From assembly GCF_001194135.2 (NCBI RefSeq), contig NC_068989.1, forward strand, positions 69,281,170 to 69,345,169: 64,000 nucleotides of DNA, given 5' to 3'. The position numbers and the translations under genes are program-made. Positions within the stretch are counted from its first letter, which is position 1, and every line of letters begins with the position of its first letter. Shown in pieces: positions 50,503 through 62,709 of this stretch. The notes under the pieces were generated by a model. The model saw only the letters and a program-made list of their open reading frames with translations, was not told where the DNA came from and did no database searches. Source of the stretch: Octopus bimaculoides. Lineage: Eukaryota.

Positions 50503-50608
50503 GTTCTTGCTTTGGTACTAAGTATACTAAAATTGGAATGATACAAAGATTAGCATGGCTCCTGCATAAGGATGACATGAAAATTTGTGAAGCGATCCAT
50601 ATTTTTTT
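50503..50608 (+). pseudogene. U6: U6 snRNA pseudogene, full length
   Basis: GTTCTTGCTT...TATACTAAAATTGGAATGATACAAAGATTAGCATGGCTCCTGCATAAGGATGACATGAAAATTTGTGAAGCGATCCATATTTTTTT. The ACAGAGA box carries a deletion and most CpGs have decayed to TpG/CpA. Confidence 0.92.
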
Positions 50609-50609
50609 A

Positions 50610-50763
50610 GGTGCAGGCATGGCTCTGTGGTTAAGATGTCTACTTCCCAATTATGTGCTTTCAGGTTCAGTCCCTCTGCTTGGCACCTTGTCTTCTATTT
50701 TAGCCCCAAGCTGACCAAAGCCTTACGAGTGAAATTTGTAGACAGAAACTGTTAGCAGCCCAT

Positions 50764-50828
<65 letters not shown>

Positions 50829-50830
50829 AT
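50610..50830 (+). mobile_element. tRNA-derived SINE with (GT)n, directly abutting the U6 copy
   Basis: A/B-box-like head (ggctctgtggttaag...ggttcagtccc) and a body shared with copies at about 9540-9710 and 35520-35690. Confidence 0.75.
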
Positions 50831-51133
50831 GCACTAGCTTGTCCCTTTCCCCACAACTGCTTGACAACTGGTTTGGGTTTGCTTGTATCGCCATGTATAC
50901 ATTTGGCACACACGTATGTGTGTGTATACAGTTTCCATTGATCAAATTTAACTCACTTGGAATGGGACCAGAAATTATGTTGTTATGAAGTGAATTTCGC
51001 AACCACACAGCTATGGTTAAATTATACACGAGATTAATATCATTTTCATTTTTTTTTTTTTTTTTTAATCTGAAAGACTTCCTAAAATATAGACTGATTC
51101 ATAAGAATACGCCTTTATGATTTATATTTCCAG

Positions 51134-51248
51134 TCGTTTGGTGAACTAGAATATGATGAAGTCACCGCTAACCGAATATACAGATTCCTGCACATAGCAT
51201 GTAAAATGCCACTTGCTGAAAGGAAAGATTACTGGAAAAGAATTATGG
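51134..51248 (+). CDS. LAMTOR4: LAMTOR4 coding exon 2 (SFGELEYDEVTANRIYRFLHIACKMPLAERKDYWKRIM)
   Basis: atttccag acceptor and G|gtaaat donor; 115 nt, phase 0 to 1. Similar to human SSGDLENDEQAA...FKRLS. Confidence 0.92.
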
Positions 51249-51484
51249 GTAAATATAACAGCTGTTTCTTACTATCTATCATTCTGTTTTTCTTTCTTTA
51301 AAAGAAACCTCGGCTGGTAACATGTAAAAGGCACTCAATATACTCTGTGGAGTGGTTTGCATTAGGAAGAGCATCTGACAATAGAAACCAAGTGAAAACA
51401 AACTGGAGTTGATGCTGCTCTCTGGTTTACCATCTCCAGTCAAAACCGTCTAACCCATGCCAGAATGGAAAGCAGACATTCAGT

Positions 51485-51902
51485 GATGATGATGATACAT
51501 GGCTTATTCAAAATAGGAAAGGCTTCACTCCTGAATTTTTTCAGGATTCCTATGGCTAGTGGAAGGAAAAGAGAGAGGAATTTATTCTTGAATGTTCATA
51601 GCAGAGGTCACTTTACTAAAGACAGCCAAGGACCATGTCATCATCACTGTTTCATCATTGTTTTAATATCTGCTTTTCTATGTTTGCATGGGTCCAATGA
51701 AATTCATTGAGTCAGATTTTCCAGTGTCTTCTATAGCCTCAAGCTATATCATATCTGTCTTTTGTGGAGTGAACTCTGCTATGAACATTCAAGAATAAAT
51801 TCCTCTTTTCTTTCCTTCCACCAGCCATAGAAATCCTGAAAGAAATTCAGGAGTGAAGTCTTTCTTGTTTTGAATAATCCATGTACCATCATCATCATCA
51901 TC
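51485..51902. repeat. Inverted duplication (arms 51485-51625 and 51755-51902)
   Basis: About 140-bp arms, roughly 85-90% identical by eye, with a spacer of about 130 bp. Confidence 0.85.
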
Positions 51903-53029
51903 ACCTTGCTTGCAAACAAGGTGAGAGTTGGCAACTGTAAGGGCATCTACCTCAATAAACTGGCCCATGCAAGCATAAAAAAGTGGGCCTTAAAACAATG
52001 ATGATGATGAGGGAGGATGACACAAACACATACTTGTTGATTGTGGCTCACTTTCGAAATGAATGTCCTGCCTCTTTGCAAGGTACATAATCTGCTTAAT
52101 CCAGTTTGGTTGACTTATAAAAAAAAGCCTATTTCAGTCTTCAAAGTTGAGTGGGTAGCAACTGCAGTTATTCCAACGGAACTCTGCTGAGCCCATGCAT
52201 GCATGAAAAAAATACATTTATTGATTTTTTTTTATATTACATGTGAATGATGAAACACTGGTGTTTGTGCAATCTCTGCCTTTCAAATTACATGCTAGTG
52301 CTATGTATAATCTATGCCAATACCACATATAAAGCACCTGTGCTGGTACTACATGTAAAGCACCCAGTACACTCTGTAAAGTAGTTGGTGTTAGGAAGGG
52401 CATTCAGCCATAAGGACCATGCCAAATCAGACATGGAACCTGGCCAGCTCCTGTCAAACTGTCTGATCCATGCCAGCATGGGAAACAGATATTAAATGAT
52501 GATGAAAGCATTAGCCAACCCAAAACAGTAGCAAAAGACAATTCCTCAAAGAGTTGAGCTTGAACACACAAACCATGAGGTTGTGAAACAAACATTTTAA
52601 CCATGCAACCATGCCTGTGTACTAACATGTGTATTTATTCTCAAGTTATTATCTGGATTTTTAATAATAGTGTAGATAAAACCTATTGGTGAACCAAATT
52701 AATTGACATTTCAGTTTCCATGTGTAACCATTTCATTTAACCTTTATCACTAATGTCCTTGACATAGTCATGAATGTAAAAAATTTCATTCCTCCTCATT
52801 TGTAAACATAAATCTGAGTCTTTCTATAAGTGACACTTATTAACAGCTGGACTTTTTGGGTTCTTTTCTTCTTGCAATTGCTTGATCATAATTTTTCTTT
52901 TATTAGCTAATATAAATGATATTGGATTTTAATTTAACTCACTTGGAATGGAACCAGAAACTTTGTGGTTATGAAGTGAATTTCGCAACCACACAGCTAT
53001 GGTCAATATACACTCCTCCACTGCTAATT

Positions 53030-54045
53030 TGGTCAACTAAATAATGGAAACTGTCTACTACCTCTAACGATCTCCCTTGGCATTGGAGGAAATCTATTTC
53101 CTAAGTGTTCTTTATTATTCCTGCAGATCTGCCACATACACAAAGACTACTTTCTCTATTCACCTTTTTGTGATTTGACTGCATCTCTGTGTTCATAGCT
53201 TGCATTGGATACACTGTATGGAATTTCTATCTATGGTTTTTCTACATATCAAGCAGATCCATTTTTATCTGCTTTCCTGCTTACTAGTACTTTGGTCTTT
53301 GCTAAATTAACAGTAAGGGTCTTTGACTCTAGACCTTGCTTCCACATTTGAAATTTCTTCTCTTAATTCTACTATAGATTCAGCTGTAAGAACAAAGTTA
53401 TCATCATAGAGAAGCTCTCACGAGCAACCAGTTTTAAATTCTTCTGTTATGGCCTGGAGAATTATGATAAACAAAATTGAGCTGAAAACAAACCTTGGTG
53501 GACTCCTACCTGCATGCTAAATTTACTGCTATACTTATTCCTGACGTTCACCTTACTGACAGCATCCCTGTATATGACTTGACAGCTCTCATCAGTCACT
53601 CATCTACCCCTAGTTTCTAAAGCAACCACCAGATGAGAGAGTGGGGGACCCTGTCAAAGGTTTTCTCCATATTGACAAATGCCAAGTACAGGGGTTTATT
53701 TTTGGCCAAATGCTTCTCCTGCAGTTGCCTCACCAGGAAGATAGCACCAAACCATCTCATCTATGCTAACTCTCTTCCTAATTAGTTGAGCTATGACTCT
53801 TTCTGTAACTTCCATGATCTAGGCCAACAATTTGATACCTCTGTGGTTACTTCTAGGGCATCTCCTTTACCTTTGTAGCAATTGACTTCAATGTTGCTAC
53901 ACCAGTCATTGGGTATGACCACAGCCTGGTCAAACTGATTAGCTATATGGGTGACTAGGCTGTATCTCACTCTGCCAGATATTTTAAGCTTCTCGTAAAT
54001 AATTCCTGATGGACCAAGAGCTTTGGGCTTTTTCAGTTTCCTCCA
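53030..54045 (-). mobile_element. RTE LINE fragment containing a decayed RT domain
   Basis: KALGPSGI...IPNDWCSNIEVNCYKGKGDALE, YLAFVNMEK and VGVHQG motifs, with many stops and frameshifts. Confidence 0.8.
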
Positions 54046-54324
54046 ATCAAATCTACTCACAAGGCCTAGAACTTTAAGAGAAGACACTTGCCCAATGTAC
54101 CACACACACAATAGGACTGAATCTAAAGTTGCATGGTTGGGAAGCAAGCTTCTTAACCATACAGTCATTCTTTTCACTGTTTATAAAGTAATACTGATGG
54201 TGGTTAATTATTAGGCAGTCACACTTAATACTTCGTAGTTATTATTTTTTTCTTTTTTTGAAACGTAAATAAAATTCCACTATTAAATGTTTCAAGTTTT
54301 ACAAATTGTATTTTTATTTTACAG

Positions 54325-54419
54325 TGCTCTGGGAGGATTTCATGTATGTCATCACTGTATCGAATCGCAAAATCTATGTATGCAAACGGATTTATCAACC
54401 AGAGGCTGTGAATGTTTGA
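54325..54419 (+). CDS. LAMTOR4: LAMTOR4 last coding exon (VLWEDFMYVITVSNRKIYVCKRIYQPEAVNV*)
   Basis: tttttattttacag acceptor, phase 1, TGA at 54417-54419. Similar to human [21 protein letters not shown]. The spliced CDS is 95 aa. Confidence 0.93.
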
Positions 54420-54455
54420 AGAAGTGGTACCTGTGTATAAACTACAGATTGTATA

Positions 54456-54461
54456 AATAAA
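54456..54461 (+). terminator. Probable LAMTOR4 polyadenylation signal AATAAA
   Basis: AATAAA 37 nt after the stop codon, followed by T/G-rich sequence. Confidence 0.55.
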
Positions 54462-55031
54462 ATGTTATGTGGTAACTCGTTGTACAAAGCCAACGGACTT
54501 AAAGACAGAAAAACAGCAACACAGACCCTCCTTTCTTTTTTCCTGTCTGGTCTTAAAAATCTTTTCCAAACTGACTGATTCCATGATTGATACATTTGAA
54601 CATACCTATTAAGTTCACTTAAGATCACTGTTCCAATCAAATCCTTTCCCTCTAACTTAAATGAACAGGACAAGACGAAAAATATATTGCTCTCTCTACA
54701 TCTGACTCTTCTTTCCGAGGCTGTTTTAGCCTTACTTTCTCTTTTAGACTGGATTTCTCTCTTACACACACTCACATCACTATTGAATATGAGTAAGTAC
54801 GTGTATGTAGAAAAACAGGAAAAAAAAAAAAAAAGGATAGTAAAGCAGGAGCTTTATTTCCAGTTTATCTATGCATACACCTTACATATTTGTATTTAAT
54901 AGGCACAAATATATTCTTTGAACTATCCTAAATTCTATTTGCTTTCATGTGCAGACTTTTATGAAGAGATATAATGAATACTGTTTCTCTGACGGTAACT
55001 GGAACTGAAATTACTGTTAAAACTGTTTGAA

Positions 55032-55066
<35 letters not shown>

Positions 55067-56251
55067 TATACATAAATAAAAATGTGTGTGTGTGCAAAAT
55101 ATTAGTTATTAATTTCTTTTTTTTAATTATGGAAATCTTCTTTAGGAGGTGGCCGCCAAGGAAGTACAGTCCAAGATTTGGTGCTTCACTAGGTGCAACT
55201 TGGTGTTACTTCAATTGACAACTCAGTTGGTGTTAAGCCTGGTTAAGAGAAATCAGTTTCAAAATTTCCTTTTATATTTGAGATTTTAATAGCTTTGAAA
55301 TCATTTACTTTCTTTTGCAACAGTTTTCTAAGAATTAAAGACTTTTTGGTTTACACCTGACACGTATCTTTTTATCATGAACGAAATATACCTGCACCAT
55401 GTAACTAAGATATGATAGATAAACTCGGTGTATGCAATTAAAACATCATTAAATCAAAATAGCCATCTGTGTACCATACCTAATATATATACACTAGTAA
55501 AAGGCATAATGCTGTGATTTTCATTCAACAAAAAATTTTTTCATAGATATGTATTAAATATACATCAGAGCAAGACAAACTTTCTTGTAGTTGTGTCTCA
55601 CGAGAGTTCTCATGAGTTGCTGCTGTGATGTTTGCTTTACTCCAATATATGTTGTCTGCAAAGAGATTTCCTCACAGACGAAAACCACAGCATCATACCT
55701 TTCACTGATGTATATATGTTACGTATCACAGTTGGTTATTTTATATAATTTTAAAGTTGGTTTTCAGTCAGACAAAAATTTTTAATGATATAAAACGACA
55801 TGAAGTTGGAATTATTTTCTTTAATTAGTAATAATAATATTTTTATATGGTTTATTTTCCTTAAGTAATTGACTTCTACTATTTAACTAAGTAACTTTAT
55901 TAAAATATTTTCATCTAAGTAAATCTAGGGTATGATTAGAAATTAACTCACCTTGATTACAATATTTCTTTTTACTTACATCATGTTATCTATTATTTTA
56001 TTTTATACTTTGTTTTCTTCTTTGTCTTTTCCAGATTTTTTAATTTTTCTTTTTTGTTATATTGACTTTTCATAAGCTCAAAAGTAACTATGATGTGTTC
56101 AAAGAGACACAAAGAAGAAAAATATATAAAGAAATTCACCCAAATGTGTATGCTTCCTTCCTGAATAAGATTCTGAATAAGATCCCCTTGTCCTTCCTTA
56201 CAAATCCAGCAAAATTATCATGGCTGATTATTTAATAAAGTATTTATAAAA

Positions 56252-56282
<31 letters not shown>

Positions 56283-57179
56283 TAAATATGAAATTGAAAA
56301 AATGATAAAGAATCTTTCATAAAAAAATGTGCATTTGTCTTTTTATGTATAGAAACATCAATTCATCATCATATTTATGTTTCAATCATTTTTGTTTTAA
56401 ATTGGTGCTTCTGAAGTAACATTATCATTATTAATGTCCACTTTTCTTTGAAGCATGTTTTCTACAACCATATCTTTCTTGTGTCCAACCGTCATGTGCT
56501 TTTAAGTATGGTAATATTTCCTTATGGCCAGTTTCTTACTAAAGACCTGGCCCAACCAAAGATTTGTGAGTGGATCTGGTAGACAGAAATTAAAAGAAGC
56601 CTTTTGTGTGTGTGTGTGTCTTGACACTACATGATATAAGTGAACATCATTCATTTCCTGTGTTTTGTAGAAAATGTCTGGTCATGGGGAAATATATTAC
56701 TTGTTTGGAAACCAGTAAGGGTTGGCAACAGGAAAAGTGGATGTTAAAAAATATGATATATGTATGTATATGTAAACCTACATAGTAATTCTACAAACAT
56801 GTTATATTTAACTATTTCTCTGTAGATTGAAAGAAATTAACAGCCTTCATCAATTTTTTAGCCTTATTGCAGTCGCATTAGAGGTGTCTACATCACTTGA
56901 CCAATCTCAGAGAAATAAAGAGCCTATTTGTTTCTATACACAATAAATCCAGTAGTTTCAGGGAATTGGAGCTGCTAATTTTGCATATGGCAAGTCTTTA
57001 TCACTCTATTTAATATGATTGACTTGTCAGTGGGGATCCCAGTCCATACAGTATCAAAGTATGTTATAATTTACGTAAACCTACCAAATCCACTCACGAT
57101 CTTCAGTCAACCCAGGGATATTGGAGACACTTCACCCAAGATGCTGTGTAATGAGCCTGAACCCATTTGAGTAAAAAGG

Positions 57180-57470
57180 GTAAAGACCCCCTTCGGTCAT
57201 GAATGACTATGGGATTGCATCTAGAAAGTTACTCTCCAAGGCACAAGTCCTAGCAAGGTTGTTTATGGATGACCACCAGTCACTCATACATACCAGCCTC
57301 CCTTCTCTTCGTCACTGATGTTATCTAAGGGAAAGGCACCAGTGAACTGGAGCAACATGAAATAAAAGTGTTTTGCTCAAGAACAACACACAGCCTGGTC
57401 TGGGAATCGAACTCACTACCTCATGATTGTGAGGAATCCAGCGCTCTTACCACTGAGCCATGTGCCTCTG
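57180..57470 (-). mobile_element. tRNA-derived SINE of a different family
   Basis: Minus strand reads ggcacatggctcagtggtaagagcgctgg...gagttcgattccc (A and B boxes), then a gtgttcttgagcaaaacactt core and a tail ending gaccgaagggggtcttt. Confidence 0.75.
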
Positions 57471-58149
57471 GTTGACTAACCAAGTTACATGGCTCTCAGA
57501 TCATAAGTTATAAATCACAGGTTCAAATATTGACTTCGTATTGCATGATATGGCTCTCGCTCTTTTTATCAATAGGCATAATATGCATGTTATAGTTTTA
57601 AGTTGGTAAATGTTAAAAAGAAAAAAATAACTGTCAGGAATAAAGCATCTGTTACAAGAATTTCTGTAAATTTTCAGAATACTACATTCTCAGAGAATCA
57701 GTTACAGATGGTAGATTTACAGTTGAGAGGTTAACCGTTTGTATATTAATGTAGTGTTGCTCTGTAACTCTAGCTTTACTCTCAATTAGTACTCCTAACT
57801 GAAACTACTATGGATTACAGAAATGATCTCTGTGACGCAGCTGGGTTAGGAATGCACTTTAACTTAACGAAACACTTGTCAATTATAATTAATAAATAAT
57901 TTACTCTTTAGCATTTAAACTCGTTATATTTGGCTCAAATATTCTTGCTTTATGCATGAACAGGTCAGATCCAGCCTCTTATGACTACCCTACAGTGTCA
58001 TTCTAAAGATAGACAATTCTGTCATTGAATTTTCAAAGCTACAAGACAAAATATGATTAATTCAAAACAATTTGAATAAATAAACATTACATTTGACTGA
58101 ATAATCCGAATGCTCAAAGGTTAAACAATTCTCTGTTTCTATAGCAACT

Positions 58150-58950
58150 GACTTCAGACTGTGGGCGAGAAGGATGCCAAGAAGCAAACCAGTCTGGAAC
58201 AGAGAGATCTGGATGCTTAAGGATCCTCTGAATAGAGATTTAGTAATGTTCTAATTGAAGCATTTGATGAGAAGGAGGTGGAAATATGATAAAGTGAACA
58301 ACTGGAGGTTCCTACAGGACAACTTAATGAGGCTCCAGATGTGTGGCTGGTGCAAAGTCCCCTCTAGAGCTAAGGTGACATGGTGGTCGAACAGAAAAAT
58401 AGACAAGGCCATTAGAGTGAAGAAACGGAACTGGAAGAGTGATGGTAGTAAAGAACTATATCAGGAAGCTAGGAGACAGATATATTTAGCTAGGACAGAA
58501 AGGAAGATGTTTGCCAATGTTCTGTGGCATGAGGACAAGAGGGTTGAAATATTTTGGATTGCAAAACAGTGTGTCAGAGAAAATTAAGAAGGTTCACTTA
58601 CAGTTAGTGATTTTGCAAAGAAAGAAGCTTGGAAGTGCCATGATGAAAGGTTGTTAAATGTAGAGAATGCATAGTAGGAGAGTCTGCCTAATGTGGACCC
58701 AACAGAGAGATCAGCTATCTGAATCAACAATAGGCTGATAGATAAAGCATAAAAGGCACCCATGCTGGTGCCACAAACAGTACCCAGTATACTCTGTAAA
58801 GAACATGATATTAGGAAAGACATCCAGCTGTAGAAACTTGGCCAAAATAGACGATTAGGGCCTAGTGTACCTCTGACTTGCCAGCTCCTATCAAGCCATG
58901 CAACACATGCCAGCATGGGAAACATGTTAAAAGATGATGATGATGATTTA
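58150..58950 (+). mobile_element. Internally deleted RTE LINE fragment with (GAT)n tail
   Basis: KVTWWSNRKIDKAIRVKKR...EIFWIAKQCVREN...AWKCH, followed by the family 3' UTR. Confidence 0.78.
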
Positions 58951-59244
58951 CTATGGTAAGTATGGTGAAGTCTATATGTTTCACTGATGAGGTGACAATA
59001 AGACTAAATTATGTCCAGAGTTACCTCCCATATTTGCTGGAATAATTAAAACAATACTCATTATGGAGCAATATTTTCTTTCTGTTTTTTTTTTTTTTTT
59101 TTTTGGCCTCATTATATAGCTATTTCTAATGAAGCTGATTAGCAGAATCAGTAGTTTTGGATGGAATGCCTCACTCTTCTGGCTTTCTGTTGTCCGGAGT
59201 TCAAATTCTACTGATGTCAATTTTCCTTTTCATCCTGACCGTGT

Positions 59245-59990
59245 CATCACACATACACACACATAAAAAACCCCGCAAAATTTGCACGTAGATATATATG
59301 AGAGGATGCATATGAATTAGGTGTATAGATGTGTATGCATGTACATGAGGATAAATGTATACATGCATACATACACGTACACACATATACATATGCACAC
59401 ACACGCATACATACACACACATGTACATATACACATACATGCATGAATATACAAGCTTCTATGCATATATACACACATATACATGGTAAGTAGACTAAGG
59501 TAAAGAATAAGTACAGAATAAAATAAATATAAACATAAGATGAAGAATGAATATAAAGTAAAAGCAGCCCTTGTTTTCTTCTTGTTACATGTACATATAC
59601 ACATGCACACATACTTATATACATACATATATATGTACATACACTCATGTAAACACATGTTTATATACACATCCACACACATATTTACGTACACACATGT
59701 GAGTGCAATATCAGACAGTTGTAAATACATGTATTTTGGTGTGTTGTAGGCATGGTGGGGAGCAGTGTTTTACACCATAGAGTATGCATGCCTATACACA
59801 CTCTTGTATGTATTTAAAAGCACAGATGTATATGCATACATATATGGACAGTCATAAATACATAAATATATACACACACATTTGAGCATATATACACATG
59901 CATAGATGTAAGCAAATTCACCCACACATGAACATACAAGCATATATACATAAATGTGCATATATATATACACACATATGTATAGTGTTA
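59245..59990. repeat. Degenerate AC/AT/ATAC low-complexity tract
   Basis: Alternating purine-pyrimidine runs. This is the source of several spurious C/V/Y/M-rich ORFs. Confidence 0.85.
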
Positions 59991-60329
59991 GGAAATTATA
60001 AATTATTATGTGAAGTAAACAGGAAAACAGTTTTCATGCTGCACTGTAAGGGTGAAGTCCATTGTTAAAATAGGGGATGCTATAGTTATTAGCCAAAACT
60101 GAAACTATGACAAATTGGCTACACCCTGGCAAACTTTATAAATAGAGATAATTTTACCCCCCAGTTTTGTGACAGTTTTATTCAATTGGATTCTGGAGGC
60201 TGCGATTGCTTGTTTGGTTCGTGCACTTTGTGCTTTGTATTGGGCATTTGTGGAATTGTTTATGCTCCAGGAATTCACCAGAACTTTTGTCAAATGTAAG
60301 ATAATTTCTGTGTCACATCTGGGTCCAAG

Positions 60330-60700
60330 GCTTCTACATTCCAAGGTTCAACATCCAAGGTTTCCACATTCCAAGGTTCGAAACCCAAGGTTGAACAATG
60401 AATTAAAAGACAGATTTTTATGACATTTCAAGGTTGAACACCAAATTGATAGACAAATTTTATGACATTCCAAGGTTCGAAAACCAGGGTTGAACACCGA
60501 ATTGATGGGCAGATTTTATGAAGTCAAGGTTCGAAATCCACTGTCAAAATCCGAAATTCGAAAACCGAATTTGTACAAAAATGGAAATCCGGATTTTATG
60601 AAATCCAAAATTTTTGGAATGCTATTTTTGAAAAACCAAATTTGTGTGGGGCCAATTTTGGGGAAACCAAAAACCAGGATATGGAGTCCGAACTTCTGAA
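60330..60700. repeat. Array of short CCAAGGTT(CGAAA) sub-repeats, probably part of a non-autonomous DNA element
   Basis: Repeated ccaaggtt and ttcgaaa motifs, plus three copies of the longer unit gttgaaca...attttatga. Confidence 0.6.
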
Positions 60701-61491
60701 CTATGTATAAATGTTACCCTTGTAACTTTTGACTGCACGTCTGGTGTAGCATTTGCTGTTTGTTTATGTAAATATTTGTTTGTATGTAAGCTGTTTTATG
60801 CTGACTGTTAATAATATTTTACAAAAAATTCATGGTGTGGTGTTGTTTTAAATTCATTCTATCCACGTTGATTCTGTGAATTCAAGTTATGGCCACTAGG
60901 TCGTAACAATATGTAGACTTGTGTTGGCATACACACTCACACACACACACACACAGGTGTCTCTGTGGTAATTTGACCTACTACAAATAGCAGCCAAATC
61001 TCTCTTAGAGCACACATTTTCATCAAAAGAAAGACACAGATTTACAGTATTTCAGGAAGAAAAAAAAAATTATGTGATGGGTCTGCTACATCAGAGGTAA
61101 TTCTGGGCTAAACAAGACACAGACAAACATACTTAACACAAAAAGATTATCTACTAAATAATACTAATAAAGTTGATGGTATATCCTTGAAGTTTCATTC
61201 CCTGGTAAAATTCCATGTATTTTAAACATTTTCTCATTATGCTCTATTTAAAACATAAAGATAGTCCAGGCAGCGTTGCCACCTTTGGCTAAAATCCTCA
61301 AGATTGTGCAACCCAACCTCATTTTCGAGGTTATTTTTTTTGTTGTAAAAAAGAGTTGTGCAAAAAACATACTTTATTTGGTAGCTGGAAGATTACTGAA
61401 TCTTTCGATACCTCATATGTCAAAATCAGCAACTCAGTTTTTGAATCCATAAGGAACATACACACACACACAAACTCTGTTTTATATATAT

Positions 61492-61720
61492 NNNNNNNNN
61501 NNNNNNNNNNNNNNNNNNNNNNNNNNNNNNNNNNNNNNNNNNNNNNNNNNNNNNNNNNNNNNNNNNNNNNNNNNNNNNNNNNNNNNNNNNNNNNNNNNNN
61601 NNNNNNNNNNNNNNNNNNNNNNNNNNNNNNNNNNNNNNNNNNNNNNNNNNNNNNNNNNNNNNNNNNNNNNNNNNNNNNNNNNNNNNNNNNNNNNNNNNNN
61701 NNNNNNNNNNNNNNNNNNNN
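61492..61720. other. Assembly gap (229 N)
   Basis: N run flanked by (TA)n. Confidence 1.
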
Positions 61721-61725
61721 TATGT

Positions 61726-61757
<32 letters not shown>

Positions 61758-62709
61758 CTTATAGAAAAAAAAAATGAAAAAGGTGTTATATCTTTATGCA
61801 TAAGATCTTATGAAAATTATGATATATATTATTCTTGAAGTTTTTATCATTTTTTGATAAGGAAATTAAAATTTCAGCACAATAACTCAGAATTCTTAAA
61901 AATTTTGAAAAATCTTGTTTCATTTCTTTGTGATAGTAACATGATATTACATCTTTTAAACTAATACATCATCTTTCTAACCTTTTATTCAATATTTTTC
62001 CTTGTCAGACAGTAACTAAGAGAGAATCGGTAGATTACAAGATTAATTCACATCAGAATTAAAAAGCGCAATGTTTGTTTTTATGTTTTATAAAAATGCC
62101 AGACTAGATTGGAATTAAATGAATATGACCTGACTTTAATTTATAAGTACTTTGTCATTTACAGTTCTCAGTCTAAATAATAACATTTTACCATTTCTTT
62201 GGTTGGTGATATAATTACCTATAACAGACTATGGTAAAGTGGTGAAGAGCTACAATATTTGAATTGTTGAAGTTCATGTAACTGGTATTCAATAATATTA
62301 TAATAGACTAAGCTGGCAAAATTGTTAGCACACGAGGCAAAACAGAAGCTATTGGGTTGTTTGACCATTACAGGGAATATATTTTATCCAGCCATAGACA
62401 TCATGTCAAAATAGACATGGAGCCTAGGGCAGCTCTTCAGCTGACCAGCTCCTGTCAAACTGTCCAACCCATGTCAGCATGGAAAATGGATATTAAATAA
62501 TGATGAATGATGATGATGATGATGATGTACTGATGGGGATGAATATCAAAGTGAATTTAAACAATATTTATGATGTCTGAAGTTTTGAAATATTAACACT
62601 GCTTCATTTTTAGGTGTTATTTGTGTTTGCCAGTTTGATTGATATTTAATATTTAATTTGTGTCCCTGATGTCATTATTGGTTTATTTGTATTGTTTGTT
62701 AGTTTCTTT

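Noticed and set aside
56820-57060. Coding-like composition block on either strand
   Set aside because: All frames are interrupted by stops and I recognise no motif. It is probably an old TE remnant.
57380-57470. tRNA gene-like A/B boxes (also at 6612, 9540, 15149 and 50610)
   Set aside because: No cloverleaf or acceptor stem, and each continues into a repeat body. These are SINE heads.
59201-59973. Several 70-137 aa ORFs rich in C/V/Y/M/H/T
   Set aside because: They are translations of AC/AT microsatellite sequence. The same applies to ORFs at 42062-42371, 50700-51029, 35055-35282 and 61331-61838 (the last spans N runs).
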